From a virus (Duplodnaviria; Caudoviricetes), in IMG/VR virus record IMGVR_UViG_3300025934_000015, positions 32,001 to 96,000 of that record: a stretch of 64,000 nt of DNA; one strand, written 5' to 3'. Positions 9,158-18,534 of the stretch are shown here, in pieces; positions within the stretch are counted from its first letter, which is position 1; the number at the start of each line of letters is the position of its first letter. Under the pieces are notes generated by a model. It made no database searches. It worked only from the letters and a program-made list of their open reading frames with translations, and had not been told where the DNA came from. Made by a program: the position numbers and the translations under genes.

Positions 9158-9352
9158 ATGACACGCCCCAAAGTTCGCTGTCCGCGGTGTCTGCGTACGC
9201 TCGCACGTCGCAGCCGGGATCATCAGGATCCGCTGCCGGATCACTTCTGTCCGCATCGCATCTACTGCACTGCGGAATCGCCGTGCGTGGATTGCATCGA
9301 CCTCTCGTGGCAGCACGAGGTGGACCAGGGACAGTTTGATGGAGGGTCCTAG
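9158..9352 (+). CDS. small Cys-rich protein
   Basis: CPRC, HFCPH, CVDC. Confidence 0.5.
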   Translation: MTRPKVRCPRCLRTLARRSRDHQDPLPDHFCPHRIYCTAESPCVDCIDLSWQHEVDQGQFDGGS

Positions 9353-9354
9353 CT

Positions 9355-9600
9355 ATGCTCGTTGCCGTTCTCACCCTCTTCCTGATTATATTCATTGTGC
9401 TCGCGGTTGTGCTCTCCGCCGCACTCCGTGGACTAAGGCTGGCCTATGCGGAGTTGATTGCGGTGCGCAAGGCCATGCAGAGTCTCATCGATGTGCAGGC
9501 CGAGGCTATTAGTGCGCAGCGTGAAGCCATTGCGGCGCAGGACCGGCTGATGGCGGAAATGCGTAAGGTCGCCTGGGAGCAGGGAGTGACGTTGCCATGA
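9355..9600 (+). CDS. membrane-anchored coiled-coil protein
   Basis: N-terminal hydrophobic helix; GGAGG RBS. Confidence 0.6.
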   Translation: MLVAVLTLFLIIFIVLAVVLSAALRGLRLAYAELIAVRKAMQSLIDVQAEAISAQREAIAAQDRLMAEMRKVAWEQGVTLP

Positions 9601-9938
9601 CGCATCTACTAGCGAAGGCTGAGGAGATTGCCGGGAAGTTCGAGGGCAACGGGTGGGATCGGTTGTTACTGGTCAACATGATCCATGTGGCTCTGATGGA
9701 TGCGGTCAAGGATGCCAAAGCGGAGGCCAATGCCTTGGCGTACGACAAGACGTGCCTCCACGAGGATCTCGCGCAGGCGACAGCAGCCCTCAAAGCGTGC
9801 GAAGCCGTGTTCGTGCATGGCGACGGGTTTCCCGAGGAGAATGCCTCCCTCGTTGACTGGGCAGCGGAACGCCAACGGCTCTGGGAGGTCGCCAGGGCGG
9901 AGGTGAAAGCCGTACGCCAGAAGGTGTGCCGTGACTGA
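9597..9938 (+). CDS. hypothetical protein
   Basis: ATGA coupling. Confidence 0.6.
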   Translation: MTHLLAKAEEIAGKFEGNGWDRLLLVNMIHVALMDAVKDAKAEANALAYDKTCLHEDLAQATAALKACEAVFVHGDGFPEENASLVDWAAERQRLWEVARAEVKAVRQKVCRD

Positions 9939-10134
9939 TCGGGAATGGGTGGCTCGTGCGGGCCTCTTGCTGTTCATCAATGGCCTGGGTGCACTCAGCT
10001 TGGGCTCGCAGTCTGAGTGGGTAGGACTGGAGATGCCACTCCGGATTCGCTATGCCTTGATCCTGTGTGGTGGATTGGGGACCTTGTATGGGATCTATGT
10101 GGTGTATGCGTCGTATGGACCGGGTGTGTCGTGA
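9931..10134 (+). CDS. small two-TM membrane protein
   Basis: two hydrophobic segments. Confidence 0.55.
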   Translation: MTDREWVARAGLLLFINGLGALSLGSQSEWVGLEMPLRIRYALILCGGLGTLYGIYVVYASYGPGVS

Positions 10135-10298
10135 CGAATGAGGAGCGGGATTGGGTGCTGGCCAATAGCGCGTTCGAGAAGATGACGTTGGAGGAACGAC
10201 GGTTGGTGCTCATGATCTTTGCGAGACTTCAGTATCCGAGGGTTGAGGATCGCTTCTTCGAAGCGGTGTATCAGGTGGTGCGAGGGATGCCGTCATGA
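10131..10298 (+). CDS. hypothetical protein
   Basis: GTGA and ATGA coupling on both sides. Confidence 0.5.
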   Translation: MTNEERDWVLANSAFEKMTLEERRLVLMIFARLQYPRVEDRFFEAVYQVVRGMPS

Positions 10299-10573
10299 AG
10301 ATTCCGTATCCGGATTCCGAGGTAGGGACCATCGTCGCCATCCTATTCTTGATGGTGACTGCCGTGGTGGTCGTGTTTGTGCGCGTCGCGTACACCCTGC
10401 GGCTGCAATCGAAAGTGATCCGCCAGATGCAGAAGACTATGGACGCGCAGGATGATGCCATTCGTGTGTTGCACGAGGCACTGACGGCCGTGGATGCGAA
10501 CCTGTCGCCGGAACAATTGTCCGGAGTCATGCTCCGTGGATTGAAACGGCAGGGATTGTTGGACCGGGACTAA
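10295..10573 (+). CDS. membrane-anchored coiled-coil protein (similar layout to 9355-9600)
   Basis: TM helix, then VAY..R.Q...AQD coil. Confidence 0.6.
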   Translation: MKIPYPDSEVGTIVAILFLMVTAVVVVFVRVAYTLRLQSKVIRQMQKTMDAQDDAIRVLHEALTAVDANLSPEQLSGVMLRGLKRQGLLDRD

Positions 10574-10983
10574 TGGGTAGTGCCACCGCTGTCGTCATCA
10601 TCGTTCGGCATGGGTTGTCGGCCGAGCAGCTCCAGGAGCGTGCGAGGTTTGCCGGGTTCGACTTCCTCACGGATACCGGTGACGATAGGGGATTTGATAT
10701 CGTCGGGGTCCACAGGTTCTGTTTTCCGGCGGCGGGCGGCAGCGGCAGCTCTACGTCGTGAGTCCTTCCGAGGATCCTCGGGCAGAGACGGCAGTGACCA
10801 GTACCACTTGTGATCCTCGCCATAGATTGCCCGCACCTTGAGGGCATCTTTCGCACGACGGATCGTGCGCCATGAGATGGGTGTGTAAAACACCGCGGCC
10901 TGTATCTCGTCAATACGGACAGGTTCCTTTCCAAGTAGCATCTTCTTGAGAAACGTTTTGGCATCTGCAAGACGTGATGTCAT
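10570..10983 (-). CDS. winged-helix-like DNA-binding protein
   Basis: AKTFL..ML..EP...EI....ISWRTIRRAK.AL.V....WYWSLP resembles the wHTH at the C-terminus of phage RepA/AAA helicases. Confidence 0.6.
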   Translation of the reverse strand: MTSRLADAKTFLKKMLLGKEPVRIDEIQAAVFYTPISWRTIRRAKDALKVRAIYGEDHKWYWSLPSLPEDPRKDSRRRAAAAARRRKTEPVDPDDIKSPIVTGIREEVEPGKPRTLLELLGRQPMPNDDDDSGGTTH

Positions 10984-10985
10984 AG

Positions 10986-11183
10986 TTATTTTTGCCAGCA
11001 GCGGCGACCCACATCATAGTTGTGAATTGACGTGACCTGCAGGTCACGTCTGGCCTGTTCGACGCGGTGCCATGGAATGTGTTGACGTTGCGCGAGGTGA
11101 CGGATGTGCACGACGGGCACTGGTAATCCCTCCATGAGAAGATCATGAAGGAGGGATTTGGCGCGGTCCAGATCGTCGGCCAT
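10986..11183 (-). CDS. small paralog of the adjacent wHTH-like protein
   Basis: AKSLL.DLL...PV...I......IPWHRVEQARRDL.V.....CW aligns by eye with 10570-10983. Confidence 0.55.
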   Translation of the reverse strand: MADDLDRAKSLLHDLLMEGLPVPVVHIRHLAQRQHIPWHRVEQARRDLQVTSIHNYDVGRRCWQK

Positions 11184-11340
11184 GCTGGACCGTTCTATCA
11201 TAGGGACCGGCTGAGTTACAATCAAAATCTACACCATGAGTCAGCTTGCCCTGTGGCCAGATTGGTTGGTCATGCCTGACCACGATCTGTGTCACAAACC
11301 GGACGCAAACGCGCGGACTGTTGGATATCTGGACACGGAA

Positions 11341-11645
11341 CGTAAGCCGTGGGCCGTCAAAACGTGCCGTGTAAGCGCGTAAGCGCCCGTAAGCTGGATC
11401 CCCAGGAGGGTACAGGGTGTACCGAACTGAGGGACAAGCATGGCCAACTTTATTTTAGGATACCGCTGCTAACATGCATAGTTGCTGCCAAGAGTCAACT
11501 GACCATGGTCAGACTGACCAAGGCCCATTAAGTCCCAACTGTCACTTACATCTCTTACGAGACTTACAAGACTAATCAAGTCAAGAGAGTCAAGGGGTTA
11601 GCTGTAACCGTCGGTGTAACCGTCGCGTTCGGCCGTCACTTACAC
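11341..11645. repeat. cluster of short direct and inverted repeats upstream of the terminase (candidate pac/cos or origin)
   Basis: GTAAGC x4 (11342, 11371, 11379, 11389); CTTAC x4 (11545, 11554, 11563, 11639); palindrome CTGACCATGGTCAG (11499-11512); TGTAACCGTCG x2. Confidence 0.55.
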
Positions 11646-11677
11646 ATGCCAACTTTCTGCTATCTGAACCGCAGTTT

Positions 11678-11795
11678 CCGCTTGACACGCCCGGCGTCCT
11701 CGTGCACTCGCACAGTGTTCGTGCCGGTCTAGCACACTTTTTCTGGTTGGGCCAGCGGAAACCGCTTGACACAGCCGTCATGAACCGCTATCCGT
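11678..11795 (+). promoter_or_regulatory. tandem candidate late promoters
   Basis: CCGCTTGACAC at 11678 and 11762; the second has TTGACA, 17 nt, TATCCG, 10 nt before the ATG at 11805. Confidence 0.45.
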
Positions 11796-11804
11796 AGTGG
11801 TGCC

Positions 11805-12248
11805 ATGGCTGCGCCGCGCAACCTAGCCGAAGCACTCGGCATCAAGAATCCGCTGGTCGAGGAGGCCAAGGCCAAGGGCAGGCCAGAACCGGACCCGGTG
11901 CCGGTCGGGGAGTTGAACGGTCGCGATCTGGCGCGCTATGTCCTGAACTCCACGCAGTACCGCGAATCTATCCTGCGGCGCATTCTGTTTGACGAGCTGC
12001 CACCTGCCGTCGAAACGAAACTGATGGACTACGCGTGGGGTCGTCCGACCGAGCGCGTCGAGATCAACGACACTCGCTCGAACCTCGAAAACCTGACGAC
12101 CGAAGAACTGGAACAGAAGGCCCTGGTCCTGGCGACCTTGGCCCGGCAACTGCGCAATCGCGACGTCGCACGTATGAATGATGTATCCACTGATCGGCCG
12201 TCTGAAGATGAGGACGACCGGCCCCAGTCTGATCCATCGATTCATTGA
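11805..12248 (+). CDS. terS: probable terminase small subunit
   Basis: directly precedes TerL; LMDYAWGRP.E.VE...LENLTTEELE tail typical of TerS. Confidence 0.7.
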   Translation: MAAPRNLAEALGIKNPLVEEAKAKGRPEPDPVPVGELNGRDLARYVLNSTQYRESILRRILFDELPPAVETKLMDYAWGRPTERVEINDTRSNLENLTTEELEQKALVLATLARQLRNRDVARMNDVSTDRPSEDEDDRPQSDPSIH

Positions 12249-13879
12249 GTTATAGCGCCAGTTCCTCGCCTCCGGCGACCCTCCATCCTGCTAACGCTCC
12301 CGCAGCCATCACCTATCGACAGGTGGTGGATGAACTCGCGGAGATAGAAGCGGAGTTACAGCGCCGTCGCTGGGCCGAGGATCCCGAGGCCTGGGCGCGT
12401 GAACGACTCGGCGACGAACTCTGGTCCGGTCAAGTCCGCATCCTCCAATCCGTTCAACAGCATCGACGCACCGCGTGTCCCACTTGCCACGAGGTTGGGA
12501 AGTCGTACTCGGCTGGTGTGATCGTCGCATGGTGGTTGGACACGCATAAGCCGGGGGAAGCCTTCGTCGTGACCACCGCGCCGACGGCTCCCCAGGTCGA
12601 AGTCATCCTGTGGAAAGAAATCGGCCGCGCGCACAGCCGTGGGAAACTCGCCGGTCGTGTGAACCAGACCGAATGGAAGATGACGGTCGGGTCACGCACC
12701 GAGACCGTGGCCATGGGCCGCAAGCCGAACGACTATTCTCCGACGGCGTTCCAGGGCATTCACGCCGCGTTTGTCCTCATCATCGTCGACGAGGCCAATG
12801 GTGTGCGCGGTCCGCTATGGAATGCGCTCGACTCGTTGATGGCCAACGACAGCTCGAAGATCCTCGAAATCGGCAACCCTGACGAACCGTCGGGGGAGTT
12901 CTATCAGCACTGTCGCCCTGGCAGCGGCTATCATGTCGTCACGATCAGCGCCTTTGATTCTCCGAACCTGACGGGAGAACCGCTGTCCCAGCGGATCCGC
13001 CGGGAGCTGATTGGCCGCACGTACATCGAGGAGAAACGGAAGAAGTGGGCGCAGAATTGGTACTGGGTGGATGCCGAGGGCAACCCCAGTGACTGGCAAC
13101 ATGGCCTCAAGGTCGTGCCGCCCACCAAGCTGAATGAGGACGGCGACGTCGTCGAAGATACCACGCTGTCGTTGGCCAATCCCTACTGGTACTCCAAAGT
13201 TCTCGGGGAGTTTCCGGAGAACGCGGAAGCGGGTGGGCTCATTCCGCTCTCGTGGATCAAGGCGGCGCAACTGCGGAGCCTCGACGCGACATCGGACCGC
13301 AATGAGTTAGGCGTGGACGTCGGCGGTGGCGGGGATTCGACGGCAGTGTGTCATCGGCGTGGCAAGGTGTACCGCATCAAGCGCACCGACCATGACCCCA
13401 ACACCATGTCGCAGTGCGGCAAGATCATTCAAGACATCCGTGACACGAATGCCGTCGTTGCGAAAGTGGACAAGATCGGTATCGGCTGGGGCATTGTGGA
13501 CCGGGGCAAGGAACTCAATCAGCCGATCGTTGGCATCAATGTCGGAGAAGGCCCCACCGAACCACCGCCCGATAGCGACGATGCATCAGACGATGAGCGC
13601 TTCCTGAACAAGCGCGCCGAGTTGTGGTGGGCGGTGCGGGATACATTTGAATCCGGCAACATCGACATTGAGGATGATACGACGCCCTACGGCGAGGACT
13701 TAGCGGCGGAACTGTGTAGCATCCGCTACGAACGTAAGTCGAACGGTAAGATCAAGATTGCCGACAAGCGCAAGGATGCGCAGGGTCATGTGATTAACAG
13801 TCCAAACCTGGGCGAGTCCCTGATGCTGGCGCACGCGCCGGTGCCGCCGCCGAAGCCCGAGGAGTGGGTGACGTGGTAG
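12245..13879 (+). CDS. terL: terminase large subunit
   Basis: Walker A-like TCHEVGKS, TAPT, FQGIH, Walker B IIVDEA, IGNP; nuclease GVDVGGGGD; TTG start. Confidence 0.93.
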   Translation: MSYSASSSPPATLHPANAPAAITYRQVVDELAEIEAELQRRRWAEDPEAWARERLGDELWSGQVRILQSVQQHRRTACPTCHEVGKSYSAGVIVAWWLDTHKPGEAFVVTTAPTAPQVEVILWKEIGRAHSRGKLAGRVNQTEWKMTVGSRTETVAMGRKPNDYSPTAFQGIHAAFVLIIVDEANGVRGPLWNALDSLMANDSSKILEIGNPDEPSGEFYQHCRPGSGYHVVTISAFDSPNLTGEPLSQRIRRELIGRTYIEEKRKKWAQNWYWVDAEGNPSDWQHGLKVVPPTKLNEDGDVVEDTTLSLANPYWYSKVLGEFPENAEAGGLIPLSWIKAAQLRSLDATSDRNELGVDVGGGGDSTAVCHRRGKVYRIKRTDHDPNTMSQCGKIIQDIRDTNAVVAKVDKIGIGWGIVDRGKELNQPIVGINVGEGPTEPPPDSDDASDDERFLNKRAELWWAVRDTFESGNIDIEDDTTPYGEDLAAELCSIRYERKSNGKIKIADKRKDAQGHVINSPNLGESLMLAHAPVPPPKPEEWVTW

Positions 13880-14169
13880 ATGATCCCCATCACTGCGCGG
13901 CGTGTGGACATGCCTGGGCAGGGGTGGCCTCGCCGGTGGAGCTGTGTGGCGATTGCTGGCGCACGGTGCAAGAGGGTAAGGCCTTGCGCGTGTCTGCGCA
14001 GGCCCATCCGGCGATTTGGCTGCCGGATCACTACTATGTGCTGGGCGATCCAGAAGCCTACGCCCGGCGACTGTTTCGACGGGATGGGGAACAGATCATT
14101 CTGGTGGGTGTGATTTTCGACGCGGACGCGGCGCAGCAGATTCTTCGAGCGCTCTCGGGCGGTGAATAG
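13873..14169 (+). CDS. Zn-finger hypothetical protein
   Basis: CAAC...CGDC; start uncertain. Confidence 0.5.
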   Translation: MVDDPHHCAACGHAWAGVASPVELCGDCWRTVQEGKALRVSAQAHPAIWLPDHYYVLGDPEAYARRLFRRDGEQIILVGVIFDADAAQQILRALSGGE

Positions 14170-14383
14170 AGTTCAGATCGTCGTGATCTCCCTGGCGGTT
14201 GCCGTGGCGATACTCTGGGGAGTCGTGTTGGCGTACATCATTCTTCATGGCTAAGGTGTTTGTCGTGTATCCCCGGGGGAACGCCCAGCGGTCGCGCGTG
14301 TACGCCTCGCGCACGCGGGCGCGCCGCTATGTGCGACGGCAACTGTGGCCGAACACGTGGGTCATGCACCAGCGGACGATCCG

Positions 14384-14635
14384 ATGAAGCCATTAGCCCT
14401 GGCCGAACCCCACGATGTGCTCTGTGGGCCCTTTGATGTGGACCCCGAGTATTACATCGTGTTGTCGAACGTCGAGCGGTTCTATTGGAACCGTCCGCCG
14501 ATTCCGGCCGCAATCGCCAAGGACTTTGTGGACGTGCTCGTCGGCACAATCTTGACTGTCGAATGGCGCTGCTCGACGATGGCGCGCCTGCCGTCACTCG
14601 TGATTACAGGGACGCACGATGCAACCCGTCGTTGA
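14384..14635 (+). CDS. hypothetical protein
   Basis: ATGA overlap with the small ORF at 14247-14387. Confidence 0.45.
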   Translation: MKPLALAEPHDVLCGPFDVDPEYYIVLSNVERFYWNRPPIPAAIAKDFVDVLVGTILTVEWRCSTMARLPSLVITGTHDATRR

Positions 14636-15548
14636 CCTGATCATCTATCACGCCGGATGTCCGGACGGCTTTTGCGCCGCGGTGGTCGCGCATCGTCGCT
14701 GGCCGCAGGCCTCGCTGATGCCCATGACGCATGGACAGGCCGTCAACTTTGCGCAGTTGGCCGGGAAGCATCTACTTGTGGTCGACTTTTCGTGGAAGCG
14801 GCCACTCTGTGAAGAGATCTTTCATGCGTCGGCGTCCATGCGCATCCTCGATCACCACAAAACCGCCGAGCAAGAACTGGCGGGCCTCGACTACGTCACC
14901 TTCGACATGGCGCGAAGTGGGGCCACCCTTGCCTGGGATCTCCTCATTGGCGGGTCACGCCCGTGGTGGGTCAGCTACGTCGAGGACCGGGACCTCGCGC
15001 GCTACGCCTTGCCGGACTCGAAAGCCGTGTCCGCCTACATCATGAGTCTGCCGCAGACGCTGGAGGCGTGGGCAAGGCTGCAAGCCCTGTCCCTGGACTA
15101 CGTCAAGTCCATGGGCGCGGCCATTCGTCTGCACGTCGAACACTACGTCGACGAGGTTTGCGCCGAACGGCGGATCGGCATGCTCGCTGGACACCGGACC
15201 GCGATCGTCAATGCGCCCTTCCAGAATATTGGCGACATCTGCATGGCCTTGACCCAGTACGCGGACATTGGCTGCGGCTGGTTTGAACGCGCGGACAGTC
15301 AGGTGCAATTCAGTCTGCGCTCGACGGGTGATGTGGACGTCAGTGCGATTGCGCAACTCTACGGAGGCGGCGGACATAAAAATGCGGCCGGCTTCCAGTT
15401 GCCCTACCGTCAAGGCTACGCGGTCGTGCACCACATGCTCGGGCGGCTCAGTGACTTCGACCGAAACGCGCTCCACATTGACCGCATCGTGAACCGTGAG
15501 CGTCCGGTGCCCTCCGGCGTGCAGGAATTGCTGGAGTATCAACCATGA
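14619..15548 (+). CDS. DHH/DHHA1-family phosphoesterase
   Basis: YH..CPDG, VDFS, LDHHKT, EDRDL, SLRS, GGGHKNAAGF. Confidence 0.92.
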   Translation: MQPVVDLIIYHAGCPDGFCAAVVAHRRWPQASLMPMTHGQAVNFAQLAGKHLLVVDFSWKRPLCEEIFHASASMRILDHHKTAEQELAGLDYVTFDMARSGATLAWDLLIGGSRPWWVSYVEDRDLARYALPDSKAVSAYIMSLPQTLEAWARLQALSLDYVKSMGAAIRLHVEHYVDEVCAERRIGMLAGHRTAIVNAPFQNIGDICMALTQYADIGCGWFERADSQVQFSLRSTGDVDVSAIAQLYGGGGHKNAAGFQLPYRQGYAVVHHMLGRLSDFDRNALHIDRIVNRERPVPSGVQELLEYQP

Positions 15549-15745
15549 TCATCGTTCCCACGAGTACCGACTTGTGCCGGGCCCTGGAGGCGGAAGGCTT
15601 TCCGCTGCCGGACGAATGCGCGGACGTTTCCCTGCGCATGCCCGCCGACGGGGTCTTTCAACTGGTCTACACCGTGAACGTGAGCGGGACACGGCTTCAG
15701 CAACTCGGTCGCGCCCTGGAGCGCGTCGGCAAGACTCATGAGTAA
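15545..15745 (+). CDS. hypothetical protein
   Basis: GGAG RBS; ATGA coupling. Confidence 0.55.
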   Translation: MIIVPTSTDLCRALEAEGFPLPDECADVSLRMPADGVFQLVYTVNVSGTRLQQLGRALERVGKTHE

Positions 15746-17561
15746 CGTCGTGGTCCACGCGGACTTTCAGCCGACACCATCGCAGATGCCTGCGTCGATG
15801 AAGACGGCGGAACTCCGTGCGGCCACCTCGGTCCTCCTGGAGCGCATGCAGTTTCTGCGCGCCGCGGGCATGTCCTTCAATGGCCTGCGGGATCTCTACA
15901 ACATCCTCGGCTATCCCCGTGTCATTTCCCCGGCCCAATACCGGGACCGCTACGCACGCGGCGGCATTGCCGGGCGCGTGGTGGACGCTATGCCCAAGGC
16001 GACATGGCGCGGCGGCGTCGAGATCATTGAGGACGAAGATCCGGAAGTCTCGACGACCTTCGAGGAAACCTGCGCCGCGTTGATGACCCGGTTGAAACTG
16101 ACGCAGGTCTTTCAGCGGCTCGACATCCTCGCCCAGCAGTGCCGCTATGGCGTACTGCTTCTCGGCGCGCCCGGCGATTTCAATCAGGAACTGCCGAAGG
16201 GTAAACCGGAACAGTTGGTCTATGTGACGCCGTTTGCCGAAGAAGATGCGCGCGTCATGGAGTGGGAGCTGGACGAACACAACCCCCGCTTCGGCCAACC
16301 CACGCACTACCAACTCAGTCGTCTGACCGCGAACTCTCTGGCCAACATCGGATCGTGGGGCGTGCCTGCGTTTAGTCCGGCTGCGTTGCAACAGCCCGTC
16401 CACTGGAGTCGCGTCATTCACGTCCCGGCTGAGGGAATTCTCGACAACGAGGTGTTTGGTCCGCCCGCCCTGGAACGTGTGTGGAACCTGCTCGATGACC
16501 TCGACAAGGTCATTGGTGGTGGTGCCGAGGCCTTTTGGCTGCGCGCCAATCAGGGCCTGCATCTGAACATCGACAAGGATACGGCCAACGTCAAGCCGGA
16601 GGACCTGAAGGACCTGAAAGATCAGGCCGACGAATACCAGCATCAGATCCGCCGCATCCTCCGGACGCGTGGCGTAGACGTCAATGAGCTGGGGTCGGAT
16701 GTGGCCAACTTCAGTAACCCGGCGGATGCGGTGGTGACGCAGATTGCGGGATCCAAGGCGATTCCGAAGCGCATCCTGACCGGCAGTGAGATGGGCGAGT
16801 TAGCGTCGAGCCAGGACCGTGAGAACTTTCGCGACCAAGTGAACGGTCGCCAACTATCGTACGCCGAGCCCACGATCCTTCGGCAGTTCTTCGATCGACT
16901 GATTACCTACAAATACATCGTCGCGCCGAAGAAGGGCGCGGAAGCCTATCAGATCAAGTGGGCACATGTGCAAGTGCTCACCGAGCAGGAGAAGGCGGAA
17001 GGGGCGAGTAAGTGGGCGTCGGTCAATAACACGCAGGGTGCGCCCGTCTTCTTGAATCGCGAGATCCGCGATAAGTGGTACGCGATGCCGCCGCTCACGC
17101 CCGAGGAGATCCAGAAGGAAAAGGAATTGGCCAAGCCCCTGGAGCCGCCTGCGCCACCGCCGGGCGCGCCGGGCACGGTCGACGAAAACGGCAACCCCGT
17201 GGAACCGGGCAAGACGTTGCCGGGCAAGAATCCGCAGTCGCAGGGGCCGCGCGCGAAGGCCGAGGACGACACGGCGGACACGCCCGCAAAGGCCCGTGCC
17301 GCCGCGGACGCGGCGCAACTGGAACCGATCATTACGCTGTTAGAGCGCGCGTTGCGTGAGGGCAATACTGCGCTCCTTGATCAAGTGCTGGGCATCCGCC
17401 ATGAGACACAGCAAACGATCGTCTTACCAGACGTTACAATCCAGCCGCCTCCAGCAACCACGACCACCGTCCGCAAAGTCATCGAGTACGGCGACGTCCA
17501 CGGCACCGTCCGACCGATCGCGATCACCGAAACCACCGATAGTGGCGGCGACGCCGATTAA
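15738..17561 (+). CDS. portal protein (DUF1073-like) with long low-complexity C-terminal extension
   Basis: RYARGGIAGRVVD.....WR, RFGQP..YQ, VHWSRVIH, IPKRILTG.E.GELASSQD. Confidence 0.88.
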   Translation: MSNVVVHADFQPTPSQMPASMKTAELRAATSVLLERMQFLRAAGMSFNGLRDLYNILGYPRVISPAQYRDRYARGGIAGRVVDAMPKATWRGGVEIIEDEDPEVSTTFEETCAALMTRLKLTQVFQRLDILAQQCRYGVLLLGAPGDFNQELPKGKPEQLVYVTPFAEEDARVMEWELDEHNPRFGQPTHYQLSRLTANSLANIGSWGVPAFSPAALQQPVHWSRVIHVPAEGILDNEVFGPPALERVWNLLDDLDKVIGGGAEAFWLRANQGLHLNIDKDTANVKPEDLKDLKDQADEYQHQIRRILRTRGVDVNELGSDVANFSNPADAVVTQIAGSKAIPKRILTGSEMGELASSQDRENFRDQVNGRQLSYAEPTILRQFFDRLITYKYIVAPKKGAEAYQIKWAHVQVLTEQEKAEGASKWASVNNTQGAPVFLNREIRDKWYAMPPLTPEEIQKEKELAKPLEPPAPPPGAPGTVDENGNPVEPGKTLPGKNPQSQGPRAKAEDDTADTPAKARAAADAAQLEPIITLLERALREGNTALLDQVLGIRHETQQTIVLPDVTIQPPPATTTTVRKVIEYGDVHGTVRPIAITETTDSGGDAD

Positions 17562-17889
17562 GTGTCGTCTGGTCGAAGTCGATTGGGAACATGCGCAACC
17601 GGGAGATATGTTTTGGGTCACGTTTGCGGGCGGACACTGTGACACGCACGAGCCGCCCTGTGAGCGGCACTTATATGTGGTTACGCCTGACGGAAACTGG
17701 TGGGACATCGATGGACGTGCAGGCAATTGCACGATGAAGGACGATAAGGTGCACCATTGTTGGGTGCGGCACGGCGAGCCGCCCGCTATCACCGTGGACA
17801 AACAGGGCGTGACCTGTGCCGTTGGCGCAGGTTCTATTCAATCGTCCAACTGGCATGGGTTTTTGCGGAACGGGGAGCTAGTGCCGTGA
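17542..17889 (+). CDS. Cys/His-rich protein, DUF6527-like
   Basis: W...GEPP.IT...SI....WHGFLRNGEL C-terminal signature. Confidence 0.55.
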   Translation: MAATPIKCRLVEVDWEHAQPGDMFWVTFAGGHCDTHEPPCERHLYVVTPDGNWWDIDGRAGNCTMKDDKVHHCWVRHGEPPAITVDKQGVTCAVGAGSIQSSNWHGFLRNGELVP

Positions 17890-18314
17890 TCGCGGATCTG
17901 ACGAAAGTCGATGTCTATGTCCGTGACCTTGCGGCCGGACTCCATAATGGCGCGATCAACGCCGATACGGATACGTTGGCGGTGTTTCTCACCAACGATG
18001 TGATCGACAAAGCCCTCGTCGCGGTCAAGAGTGACGTTACGGAAATTGCGACCGGCAATGGCTACGATGGTCCTGTCGATACGCATAACTCCGCCGCCCG
18101 CATTGATGGCGTGATCTATGTCGGCGCGATCGACATCCTGCTGATTGGCACCGGTCCAGGGGCGTTTGGTCCGTTCCGCAACGCCGTGCTGTGTAACCTG
18201 ACGGCACCAGGGCAACCGATCATTGGTTACTGGGACTATGGCGCGTCCATTAGCGTTTCGATGGGCGAACAGTTTGCGCTGACCTTCGGGGATGCGCTGT
18301 TGGTGGTGGGCTGA
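17886..18314 (+). CDS. putative virion structural protein
   Basis: EIATGNGY...GPFRNAVL.N...IGYWDYGASIS...GE.F pattern of phage structural beta-proteins. Confidence 0.65.
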   Translation: MIADLTKVDVYVRDLAAGLHNGAINADTDTLAVFLTNDVIDKALVAVKSDVTEIATGNGYDGPVDTHNSAARIDGVIYVGAIDILLIGTGPGAFGPFRNAVLCNLTAPGQPIIGYWDYGASISVSMGEQFALTFGDALLVVG

Positions 18315-18532
18315 TGTATCTGACCGTGCGCACGCAGACGGGCGGCGAAGTGCTCTGTAACTCGGACCACATCGTCGCCGTGCAGATTCCGAGTGTCGTC
18401 GACAATGACCCGCAGTGCAAAGTGTTTCTCTACGGACCCGTCATGCTCGGCGTGACGCATGCGGAAGCCGAACGGGTGCGAGATATTCTTGTGTCGTATC
18501 AAGCGACGCCCATGATGAAACCTGGGAACTAA
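18314..18532 (+). CDS. hypothetical protein
   Basis: TGATG coupling. Confidence 0.55.
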   Translation: MYLTVRTQTGGEVLCNSDHIVAVQIPSVVDNDPQCKVFLYGPVMLGVTHAEAERVRDILVSYQATPMMKPGN

Positions 18533-18534
18533 CG

